Virus record (IMG/VR): IMGVR_UViG_3300045988_120991
Coordinates: 1-64,000 of that record
Reading direction: 5' to 3' (one strand)
Source of the DNA: a virus
Length of the DNA: 64,000 bases
Positions 13,510 through 21,994 of the stretch are shown here, piece by piece; within the stretch, counting starts at the first letter, position 1, and each line of letters begins with the position of its first letter. Both the position numbers and the translations under genes were made by a program. Below the pieces are notes generated by a model that did no database searches, was not told where the DNA came from, and saw nothing but the letters and a program-made list of their open reading frames with translations.

Positions 13510-16341
13510 TTGGCAAAAGCACAAAAAACACAACAGTTTATATATAAAATAAATTCAAGTTTACTCAGACAAAATAATTGGGACTTAAAATTACCATTAT
13601 CGGATGCAAGAAAAATACCAGGGGTCGTTGTTTCTTTGGCTGATTCACAAATTTTAACATGGATTAACGAATTAAATGGTACTGAAAATTATGATAATGA
13701 CGCAAAAAAGATAAAAGATGAAATAAAAAATATAAAGAAACAGCCAAATAGCGCAGAAAATAAGACGAAAATCTCGGAAAAGTATTCAAAATTATATGAT
13801 TTGCAGTTTAAAAAGGACTACTTATGCCTGATTATAGATAAAAAGTCCGATTATGATAGAGCAAATGAAGGCTTTAAGGTTAATGGAATAGCGTATAAAA
13901 GACTTATATGTACTACAAATGGCGTCAAAACATCTAGTGTTGTATATGCCGCAGATAGAATTGTTGAATACAAAGGACAAAAGATAAATATTCATGATGA
14001 ATTGAAAAGACGCATAGAAAATGGCAGAAACACGAGTATAAAGCTCTCCCCTGCTAAATATGGGGCTTATGAATCACTTGCAGCAAGTGCTTCTATCCCA
14101 GTTAGTTGGCCAAGATCTAAAGAGAATAAAATTCCAGGTGGAATAATTGTCGTAAAAGACTGTATTGTTCATTTTAAGGCCAATTTTATTGAAATAGACG
14201 ATAGTGATCCAACATCAGAACCGAAAGTTACTGAGAAGCACGATGCTGATTTTGAAAATAATATGTCGGATGGATGTTCTATGATGCTCCCCCATTTGTC
14301 TAAAAGATGGAATGGGGAGTTGAATGGAGATTCAGAGCATACTATGAGTGGGTGTAATATGCGTTGTGCTTTCACAAAGGGTATGGCACTTACTTTTGAT
14401 TTCATAAGATTTGCAGAAGAAGTCGTTGGTGCCTCCGAAGAAAATCCTGAAAAATATTTAATTGAGGATTATTGGGGGCAAGAAAGAGATGTTCGTGATG
14501 CTGATTTAATTTTAACTGAAAGTCAACTTAAATTATGTGGTAGTTATAGTTCTTGGGAAGATTATTATACGAAATGCATTGAAAATCATTATACTTTAAG
14601 GGTTACGAAGACCTCAGAAGAAGAAAATGATGATATAAGACAGTTGAATTATCAGTTTATTCAGTCTTTAGACCTCACAAATGAAGATATAGATGAGCTT
14701 GTTGCTCCTACGGTCAATGAAATCAAGGATATTATGGAACTAGATCCAAGAAAAAGTGTTGCATATTTATGTGGAAAAGGTCTGAATGAAAAGAATGTAT
14801 TATTTGCCGATAATGTTGCAAAGGCACTTATGATTGATGAGACAGCCATAAATGATCCTTATATTCGTTCAAAAATTAAAAAAATGATAAATAGACGCAT
14901 AAAAGATGCCAAAATTGGTGTTTTAGATTTACATGGGAACTTTCAAATCCTTTCTGGTGATTTATATGCCCTTTGTGAGAGTATGTTTGGTTTAAATCCA
15001 CATGGAATCTTAAAGGCGGGTGAAATTTATAGCAAGTATTGGTATGATGAGGGTGTAGATAGGGTTCTTTGTTTTAGAGCACCAATGAGCAATGCTCATT
15101 CTATAGTTGCTCAAAACATTTGTACAAACGAAAAGGCTCTTGACTGGTTTCAATATATCAATACTTGCATAGTTGTGAATGGATGGGACACTATGCCTGC
15201 TGCTTTGAATGGCTTTGATTTTGATGGAGACTTGTTGTTTACAACGAATAATGCGCCGTTAATGAGAAGACAGACTAACCTCCCCGCTTTAAACTGTATA
15301 CAAACCAAAGCTCCTAAGAAGGTCGTTACAGATGAAGATGTCATTGCCTCTAATAAAGCGGGATTTGGCAGTAAGATTGGGTCCATAACAAATAAAATTA
15401 CTGCAATGACCAGTTTGATGGCCAACTATGATAAAGACAGCGAGGAATATGAAGTTTTAAGATATAGAACACAGTGTGGTCAAGCATTGCAGCAACGTGA
15501 AATAGATAAAGCCAAAGGTATTTTACCGATTCCAATGCCAAAAGAATGGTATCAATATGGAGCAAATGTTATAAAACCAGAAGATTTCGATGAAATTCAA
15601 GTGAAAAAACAGTTCAATCAGGCCATTTGTGCAAACAAAAAGCCATATTTCTTTATGTATAACTACGATGCAGAAAGAATCAATTATCAGAAATTTATCG
15701 AAGAAGCCAACTCAAAATCAATTGGTTTATATGGATATTCGTTTGAAGATATGCTAAAAATGGATGATTTGAGTGAAGATGCAGATAAATTTGTTAAATA
15801 TTGCACAATAAAGTGCCCGATTGACATGTCCCCTTCTACTATGAACCGTATTTGTTGGAAAATAGAAAGTGAATTTAGTGGAAACTTTCTTTGTGATGAT
15901 GTTGATTTTGATTACAGGATTTATAAGTCAGGAAATGAAGTTAAAAGAACTTCTTATTTTGAAATTAAATCTTTGTGTGAACACTACTTAATGGATTTAA
16001 AGAATTTAAATAGCAGAAAAATTAACAATGAAGAAGAGCGAAAGATACTTTTAGTAGATAAAGATAGATTGCTTGAAGTTCTTATAGAGGATATAACTTC
16101 TATTTGCCCAAATCAAGAGACTCTTTGTGATATTCTTTTAGATATTTGTTATACTGGAAAAATGAGTAAAAGTGTTGTTTGGGATGTTTGTGGTAATCAA
16201 ATTATTGAGAATATGTTAAAAAAGCACGACAATGTACTTACTTATCCAGAAAAGTGTTTAGAAGCAGAGTTTTCTTGTTGTGGGACAAAATTCTTTAGTA
16301 AAACCATTAAAGTTGGAGGTGAAAAAGCCGATGAGGTTTAA
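13510..16341 (+). CDS. putative single-subunit two-barrel RNA polymerase (YonO / RdRP-like), 943 aa
   Basis: NGFDFDGDLLF (GAT TTT GAT GGA GAC at 15217-15231) fits the DbDGD catalytic loop. The upstream VLCFRAPMSNAHS and LSGDLYAL segments resemble RdRP/YonO first-barrel motifs. TTG start. Confidence 0.6.
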   Translation: MAKAQKTQQFIYKINSSLLRQNNWDLKLPLSDARKIPGVVVSLADSQILTWINELNGTENYDNDAKKIKDEIKNIKKQPNSAENKTKISEKYSKLYDLQFKKDYLCLIIDKKSDYDRANEGFKVNGIAYKRLICTTNGVKTSSVVYAADRIVEYKGQKINIHDELKRRIENGRNTSIKLSPAKYGAYESLAASASIPVSWPRSKENKIPGGIIVVKDCIVHFKANFIEIDDSDPTSEPKVTEKHDADFENNMSDGCSMMLPHLSKRWNGELNGDSEHTMSGCNMRCAFTKGMALTFDFIRFAEEVVGASEENPEKYLIEDYWGQERDVRDADLILTESQLKLCGSYSSWEDYYTKCIENHYTLRVTKTSEEENDDIRQLNYQFIQSLDLTNEDIDELVAPTVNEIKDIMELDPRKSVAYLCGKGLNEKNVLFADNVAKALMIDETAINDPYIRSKIKKMINRRIKDAKIGVLDLHGNFQILSGDLYALCESMFGLNPHGILKAGEIYSKYWYDEGVDRVLCFRAPMSNAHSIVAQNICTNEKALDWFQYINTCIVVNGWDTMPAALNGFDFDGDLLFTTNNAPLMRRQTNLPALNCIQTKAPKKVVTDEDVIASNKAGFGSKIGSITNKITAMTSLMANYDKDSEEYEVLRYRTQCGQALQQREIDKAKGILPIPMPKEWYQYGANVIKPEDFDEIQVKKQFNQAICANKKPYFFMYNYDAERINYQKFIEEANSKSIGLYGYSFEDMLKMDDLSEDADKFVKYCTIKCPIDMSPSTMNRICWKIESEFSGNFLCDDVDFDYRIYKSGNEVKRTSYFEIKSLCEHYLMDLKNLNSRKINNEEERKILLVDKDRLLEVLIEDITSICPNQETLCDILLDICYTGKMSKSVVWDVCGNQIIENMLKKHDNVLTYPEKCLEAEFSCCGTKFFSKTIKVGGEKADEV

Positions 16342-17218
16342 TTTCAATGAAAAAAGTAAAATTTATAGTATCGTAGAAGATGGAGACATAAATGGTTTGA
16401 CTGTAAATAAAGCCATTTGGAATGCCGCAATTTATTATACTCAACTAAATCCAGTTGATAAAAATTATGTTTTTTGGAAAATTGTTGAGTTTATGAATAA
16501 ATATTATAATGACTTTATGTATCAAGGTTATGTTTCTACTATAAATAGAGATATAAATAAGGCTTATAAATATAAAATCAAGGATGTAAGTTCTATCAAT
16601 ATAACAAAGAAAGAAATGGACAAGATTATATCTTTGAATGATATAAGAAAAGAAAAGATTGCGTTTGTTATTTTGGCCTTGGCAAAATATCAAAATGCTG
16701 AAAGTCAAAGAGATAACGATACATTTTATGCAAAAACTTCCGAGATATTTAAATTTGCAAGGGTTGTTATCCCAGCAAAAGAAAGAGATTTGTATTTTGG
16801 GTTTGCATATAGAGAAGGATTGCTTAAGCAGAATTTTAGTATAGGATATAATGCCCTGACTGCTGCTTTTGTAAATCATGATGAAGATGAGGTCGTTCTA
16901 ACACTTGACGAGTGTGATTATTTGGAACTTGCATATTCGTATTTAAATTATAAGAATGGCGGATATAAGAGATGCGAGGCTTGTGGAAGGTGGTTTAAGT
17001 CTAAATCTAACGCGGCAAAATATTGTAGTATTCATCGTCCGGATTATGAGTTATCTAGTGACGTTGAAATTGAATGCATTGAATGTGGAAAAAGATTTTT
17101 AGTAAACCCTCTTGCTACGGAAACTTGCAGATGTGAACAATGTAATTCTGTATATCAAAAGAAAAGAAATGCAATTAAAAATAAAGTGTATAGGGATAGA
17201 ATGAGAAATAAATCGTGA
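16331..17218 (+). CDS. Zn-ribbon protein translationally coupled to the RNAP gene (295 aa)
   Basis: ATG at 16331 overlaps the RNAP 3' end by 11 nt, with GGAGG upstream. The C-terminus has CEACGRWF..CSIH and CIECGKRF..CRCEQCN. Confidence 0.7.
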   Translation: MRFNFNEKSKIYSIVEDGDINGLTVNKAIWNAAIYYTQLNPVDKNYVFWKIVEFMNKYYNDFMYQGYVSTINRDINKAYKYKIKDVSSINITKKEMDKIISLNDIRKEKIAFVILALAKYQNAESQRDNDTFYAKTSEIFKFARVVIPAKERDLYFGFAYREGLLKQNFSIGYNALTAAFVNHDEDEVVLTLDECDYLELAYSYLNYKNGGYKRCEACGRWFKSKSNAAKYCSIHRPDYELSSDVEIECIECGKRFLVNPLATETCRCEQCNSVYQKKRNAIKNKVYRDRMRNKS

Positions 17219-17235
17219 CCGTCGCCTCAAAATAG

Positions 17236-17250
17236 ACAATACAAAATTAA
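17236..17250 (+). promoter_or_regulatory. conserved 15-mer copy 6
   Basis: Exact match. This copy alone is followed by a terminator hairpin rather than an SD. Confidence 0.7.
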
Positions 17251-17254
17251 TGCT

Positions 17255-17285
17255 AAAAACACAAGGAATTTCCTTGTGTTTTTTA
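17255..17285 (+). terminator. rho-independent terminator
   Basis: CACAAGGA-ATT-TCCTTGTG with A/T extension and a TTTTTT tail. Confidence 0.8.
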
Positions 17286-17383
17286 CTCTTTAGTAAGATA
17301 AAGTGGAACAAAATAGTAATGATATAAGAATATTGCTTATATTTTTATATAAATAAATTACAAACAAATGGAGGTACAAAAAT

Positions 17384-17998
17384 ATGGAAAATCTAGCCGT
17401 TGTAATTCCTAACAATGCAGCAAATCTACAACTCCCAGACCCAGTGCTTCGTGATTATTATAGAGACGAAGAGCAAAGAATCTATTGGGTAGATGGTGAA
17501 ATTGATTCTTCCCTACTCGACTTAGTGAAGATGATTATGCATTGTAATAAAGAGGATAAAGACAAGCCAGTTGAAGAAAGAATGCCAATCAAGGTGTTTA
17601 TTGATTCTCCTGGTGGTGATGTGCAGGCTCTGTATACAACAATTAAGGCAATTGAGATTAGTAAAACACCAGTTTATACAATTAATTATTGTGGTGCTTA
17701 TAGTGCTGCCGCAATTCTATTGACTGCTGGGCATAAGCGTTTTGCTCTTCCTGGTACAAGCGCAATGTTCCATCGTGGTTCTTGTTACTATGGTGGAGAG
17801 CAAAGTGTTGTTGAATCTATGAAGAAGTATTTTGATGCGCTAGATAAGAAAGTTGACGAGTTTTTATTTTCTCACACAAGTATTGATCAGAAGGTCTATA
17901 AGAGAAAGGCTTCTTCCGACCTATATATGGATGAGAATGAGTGTTTAAAGAATAATGTTATTGATAGTGTTATATCTGACTTTGAAGAGATTATGTAA
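17384..17998 (+). CDS. ClpP-family serine protease-like protein
   Basis: IDSPGGDV...CGAYSAAAILL...MFHRGS...SSDLYMD parallels the ClpP Ser-His-Asp context. Confidence 0.7.
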   Translation: MENLAVVIPNNAANLQLPDPVLRDYYRDEEQRIYWVDGEIDSSLLDLVKMIMHCNKEDKDKPVEERMPIKVFIDSPGGDVQALYTTIKAIEISKTPVYTINYCGAYSAAAILLTAGHKRFALPGTSAMFHRGSCYYGGEQSVVESMKKYFDALDKKVDEFLFSHTSIDQKVYKRKASSDLYMDENECLKNNVIDSVISDFEEIM

Positions 17999-18011
17999 CT
18001 AGGAGGATCAT

Positions 18012-18722
18012 ATGGTAGCAAAAAAGAGAGCTGTTACAAATGAATATGGAGAAGCACCAAAGAATATTGATGACAAGCCATTTTACAGTCTTGAATTGGA
18101 TGTAGACCAGAAAAAATTTGTAAATGCTATTTTAAATCCAGATAATACAATTGTTTTCTGTAATGCAAAAGCTGGAACTGGAAAGACCACTCTAGCAATG
18201 GGGACGGCAAATATTCTTGTGCAACACGGAGAATACGATGGCATTGTTTATATTTGCAGTAGTTATGGTGAGCATAAGCAAGGATTTCTACCAGGAAGTA
18301 TTACGGAGAAGTCAGAAGTGTACTTCGAGCCTGCATATCAAGCTATGATTGAATGTAATATGAACCCTAATGTATGTGTTGACAATGATTCTATGGTGAA
18401 TCAAAAATATGGAGAAGCTTATGTTACTCTACTTACACATACATTTTTAAGAGGAACTAATTTGAAGAAAAAGGTAATTATACTCGATGAGGCTCAAAAC
18501 TATACTGTTGCAGACTTAAAGAAAACATTAACACGGTGTTCTGATGATTGTAAGGTTATAGTTGTTGGTCATGATAAACAGTGTGACCTTAAAGATAAAC
18601 ACACTACTGGATTTATGAAATATATTGACCATTTTAGAGGTCATGAAAATTGTGAAATATGTGAATTGACAATAAATCATCGTGGATGGTTAAGTCAGTT
18701 TGCAGATGAATTAGAAGAATAA
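18012..18722 (+). CDS. phoH: PhoH-like ATPase
   Basis: Walker A NAKAGTGKTT and Walker B VIILDEAQN. FLPGSITEKSEVYFEPAYQAM and FLRGTN resemble PhoH. Confidence 0.7.
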   Translation: MVAKKRAVTNEYGEAPKNIDDKPFYSLELDVDQKKFVNAILNPDNTIVFCNAKAGTGKTTLAMGTANILVQHGEYDGIVYICSSYGEHKQGFLPGSITEKSEVYFEPAYQAMIECNMNPNVCVDNDSMVNQKYGEAYVTLLTHTFLRGTNLKKKVIILDEAQNYTVADLKKTLTRCSDDCKVIVVGHDKQCDLKDKHTTGFMKYIDHFRGHENCEICELTINHRGWLSQFADELEE

Positions 18723-18737
18723 TAGGAGGAACAAATT

Positions 18738-18929
18738 ATGGCAAGTAGTATTACTAAGAAGTACACAATAAATGCAAAGGGTATTCTTCATATTGATGGA
18801 GAATATATCGGAATTGAAAATACTGATACAGGAGAGATGTTTTCTTTACCAGAGTTAGCTGCTGATTTTGCAGATAAGACTGTGAAGTTTACTCTAACTT
18901 ATGATGAGGATTATGGCTCTGATGAGTAA
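18738..18929 (+). CDS. hypothetical protein (63 aa)
   Basis: ORF track. TAGGAGGAA upstream. Confidence 0.75.
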   Translation: MASSITKKYTINAKGILHIDGEYIGIENTDTGEMFSLPELAADFADKTVKFTLTYDEDYGSDE

Positions 18930-18942
18930 GGAGTTGGTGACA

Positions 18943-19245
18943 ATGAAGAGAGTACTTAAAAAGAAGGATATTGCCAATGAATTAGCTAAGAGATGTGATT
19001 TTTATAAGTATTCAATGGAGGCAGTCGTTGATGCTCTTGAGGATATAATTATTGAAAATATGGGTGAAGCAACCTTTGATGAAGATGCAGAAATTCAGTT
19101 GGCAAAGGGTCTTACAATTGGTGCTCGTAGATTCCCAGAGCGTGAAGCAAGAGATCCTAGAAACCAAGATAAGATAACAACTCCTGAGAAGGTAATACCG
19201 TTCGCAAAGTTTACATATACATTTAGGCAAAAAATTAACGAGTGA
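18943..19245 (+). CDS. HU/IHF-like DNA-binding protein
   Basis: Trimmed to the ATG at 18943 (AAGGAG upstream). RRFPEREARDPRNQDKITTPEKVIPFAKF resembles the HU beta-arm. Confidence 0.6.
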   Translation: MKRVLKKKDIANELAKRCDFYKYSMEAVVDALEDIIIENMGEATFDEDAEIQLAKGLTIGARRFPEREARDPRNQDKITTPEKVIPFAKFTYTFRQKINE

Positions 19246-19253
19246 GGTATGAT

Positions 19254-20444
19254 ATGGAATATAAAAAGTTAAGCGAAGAGAACGAACAGCAATATATACT
19301 GCGTATATGCTCAATGAAGGAGCAAAATAGCTGGACTTGGCAAGATATTGCGAATATTTTAAATGATTCTTTAGGATATAGCTATGGAGAGAGCAAATAT
19401 CGTAAAGAATTTCAGTCATTCAATAAAATGATGGAAGCCAATGAGGGTACATTTTTTACAGACGATGAGTATCTAAAGAAAATCCGCGAAGAGAAGGAAG
19501 AGCTTTTTAAGGCTAAAAAGCAGTTTCAGGACCAAAGACGTGAATATAATAAAATCCTTACTATGGATGCACGTTCTGATCATTTAACTGAGGAACTGAT
19601 TAAGGTTGCGAAATCTTTACCAGCAAGACAGTTGAATAATTTTTCGGACATTCCAGTAGTTGAAGCTGGTAAAGAGGCAGTCTTGATTCTTGCAGATTGG
19701 CACTACGGAGAAGTTTCAGATAATATTTGGAACAAATACAATACGGATATATGCAAACAGCGAGTTGAAAAGCTCTATGAAAAGGTGTCTCAATATTTAA
19801 GACACAATCATGTTGAGAAGCTACATATTATGCTTCTCGGAGATGAAATTCATGGTGCAATTCATTCTAGCTGTAGAGTCATGTCTGAAGAAGATACATG
19901 CGAACAACTTATACATGTGTCTGAAATTATAGCACAATTTATTGATGAGTTATCATCAAAAGTAAATCATATTGATGTATATTCAACATACGGAAATCAT
20001 GCAAGAACAATTCAAAATAAAGATGATAGTATTCATTCTGACAACATGGAGCGTATTATTCCATGGTGGATAAAGCAAAGACTACAAAATAATAACCGTG
20101 TTAAAATAATTGATAGCGATTATTATGAGTTTATTGCATTTAGTGTGTGTGGATACAACATTGTTGGATGTCATGGAGACCTTGATAAAGTTAAGAATTT
20201 TGGTATTGTTGCGAATACTATTTTCTCAAAGCTTTATGGAAAAACTATTGACTACGCATTTCTTGCGGATAAGCATCATATTGAAGAATTTGAGCAACTT
20301 GGAATTGAATCTATTTTAGTTCGTTCTTTGTGTGGTGCAGATGAATATTCAAATAATAAAAGATTGTATTCTGCTCCAGGTCAGACTTTGGTAATTTTTA
20401 CACCAGAAGATGGAAGGCAGTGTACATATAACATTAAACTATAA
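19254..20444 (+). CDS. calcineurin-like metallophosphoesterase
   Basis: Motif series ADWHYG / GDEIHG / GNHAR / GCHGD. Trimmed to the ATG at 19254. Confidence 0.65.
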   Translation: MEYKKLSEENEQQYILRICSMKEQNSWTWQDIANILNDSLGYSYGESKYRKEFQSFNKMMEANEGTFFTDDEYLKKIREEKEELFKAKKQFQDQRREYNKILTMDARSDHLTEELIKVAKSLPARQLNNFSDIPVVEAGKEAVLILADWHYGEVSDNIWNKYNTDICKQRVEKLYEKVSQYLRHNHVEKLHIMLLGDEIHGAIHSSCRVMSEEDTCEQLIHVSEIIAQFIDELSSKVNHIDVYSTYGNHARTIQNKDDSIHSDNMERIIPWWIKQRLQNNNRVKIIDSDYYEFIAFSVCGYNIVGCHGDLDKVKNFGIVANTIFSKLYGKTIDYAFLADKHHIEEFEQLGIESILVRSLCGADEYSNNKRLYSAPGQTLVIFTPEDGRQCTYNIKL

Positions 20445-20459
20445 ACAATACAAAATTAA
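20445..20459 (+). promoter_or_regulatory. conserved 15-mer copy 7
   Basis: Exact match. Starts the base after the stop TAA and is followed by GGAG and the ATG at 20474. Confidence 0.7.
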
Positions 20460-20473
20460 GGAGAATTAAAACA

Positions 20474-20680
20474 ATGGAAGAAAAGAAAGCAAAGCTAATT
20501 TTTAACATGGGAGTAGCTAGATCCCTACTAAAGAAGGGCGCAAAGGTAATTGATGTAAAGCCCGATAGAGACAATCATGATAAGACGATTGTTGTATTTG
20601 AGCGTGATGAGGCGTTTGAAAAGGCTTTTGCCGAGCTAAACGAAGAGCTAAAGGCAAAGGATAATACCGAGGAGAAGTAA
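20474..20680 (+). CDS. hypothetical protein (68 aa), paralog-like to 34390..34614
   Basis: ORF track. ARSLLKKGAKVIDV...IVVFERDEAFEKAF is similar in pattern to the 34390 product. Confidence 0.75.
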   Translation: MEEKKAKLIFNMGVARSLLKKGAKVIDVKPDRDNHDKTIVVFERDEAFEKAFAELNEELKAKDNTEEK

Positions 20681-20722
20681 TCACATTTTATAAAATTCTA
20701 AAAGAAGGGAGGAAGAGTGGTT

Positions 20723-21994
20723 ATGGCTGCAAAAAGTCCAGGTAGGAAAACTACAAAGAAAGAAATGGAGCCTAAGTATCTTTGTCCATATTGTAATAAA
20801 GAGAAAAAAGCTTCTGAATTTTATATGTCTTCTGACCCACTAGTTATGACCGGCAAAACAACTATGTGCAAGGATTGCGCAGAAAAGATAGCAAGAAATT
20901 GGGACGGAAGAACTGGTGAATTTGGAGATTGTACAAAAGCATCAGTTCAAGAGGCGCTTGAACGTTTAGATAAGCCATATTTTGATAAGCTCTGGGATTC
21001 TAGTTACTTTGAATATATTAATGATAACAATCCTAAAAAGCGTACAAATATATGGGCATCTTATATAAAAAACATTGGATTGCCACAGTATAAAACGCTT
21101 CGTTGGAGAGATGGAGATTTATTTACTAGTTATAAAGAAACTGCATTAAAGCAAGCCCAACAGGAAGTTGGTACTGCTCCCGCTGAAGAAATAGCGAAAA
21201 GTCAAGAAATAAATGAAGAATACGAAAAGAACCGTGCCGATGTAATTAGATTACTTGGATACGATCCATTTGAAAAAGAGCAAGAAGAAGACAAACCACT
21301 CCTCTACTCTCAATTAATTGGATATTTGGATCTTGGTGGAGATAATGATGACATGATGAGGACATCTTCTGCCATTACTATTGTTCGTGGGTTTTCACAA
21401 CAGGCAAAGTTAGATGATATGATTGCAAAAGCCATGGCATCTCCAAATGTTTCTAATAAATCAGGAGAAATAAAAGCATATCTTGATTCAAAGCAAAAAG
21501 TTAGCTCTACAATTTCTCAATTGGCCGAACAAAGCTGTTTGAGTTTAAAGCATAATAAAAATGCTTCCAAAGGAGAAAATACTTGGACTGGTAAGATTAA
21601 GAAGATAAAAGAGCTGAATCTTCGAGAAGGAGAGGTCAACGGCTTTGATATTGCTACATGCAAAGGTATGCGCCAAGTTATGGATTTAAGCAATGCTTCC
21701 ATATTGAAGCAGTTGGCATTAGATGAATCCGAGTATTCTGATATTGTAGCGGAGCAAAGAAAGCTTGTAACTGAACTTACTAACGAAAGAGATAGTTATA
21801 AAGAGATAGTCAGAATTTTGCTTAGAGAAAATCTTGATTTAAAAGATGTTTTGTCTGAGAATGATTTATTGCCGCCAGATAATCTCGCTGATTTGAATGA
21901 TTTATTCTCCGCATTCAGTGATATTGAAACTGATGAGGAGGTGCAAGACGATGAACAGTCAGATGAAAATCAAGATAGTCGAGGAGATGAATGA
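20723..21994 (+). CDS. zinc-ribbon protein upstream of terminase (possible small terminase subunit)
   Basis: CPYCN...CKDC near the N-terminus and an acidic tail. Function is inferred from position only. Confidence 0.4.
   Translation: MAAKSPGRKTTKKEMEPKYLCPYCNKEKKASEFYMSSDPLVMTGKTTMCKDCAEKIARNWDGRTGEFGDCTKASVQEALERLDKPYFDKLWDSSYFEYINDNNPKKRTNIWASYIKNIGLPQYKTLRWRDGDLFTSYKETALKQAQQEVGTAPAEEIAKSQEINEEYEKNRADVIRLLGYDPFEKEQEEDKPLLYSQLIGYLDLGGDNDDMMRTSSAITIVRGFSQQAKLDDMIAKAMASPNVSNKSGEIKAYLDSKQKVSSTISQLAEQSCLSLKHNKNASKGENTWTGKIKKIKELNLREGEVNGFDIATCKGMRQVMDLSNASILKQLALDESEYSDIVAEQRKLVTELTNERDSYKEIVRILLRENLDLKDVLSENDLLPPDNLADLNDLFSAFSDIETDEEVQDDEQSDENQDSRGDE

Noticed and set aside
17348-17355. TATAAATA (T4-late-promoter-like) upstream of the ClpP-like gene
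   Set aside because: It is a single occurrence in very AT-rich spacer DNA. No recurrence was found upstream of the other late operons, so it is probably chance.
21897-21950. Upstream extension of the terminase ORF (start at 21897)
   Set aside because: It would overlap the preceding gene by 98 nt. GAGGAGG precedes the ATG at 21951, which is therefore preferred.
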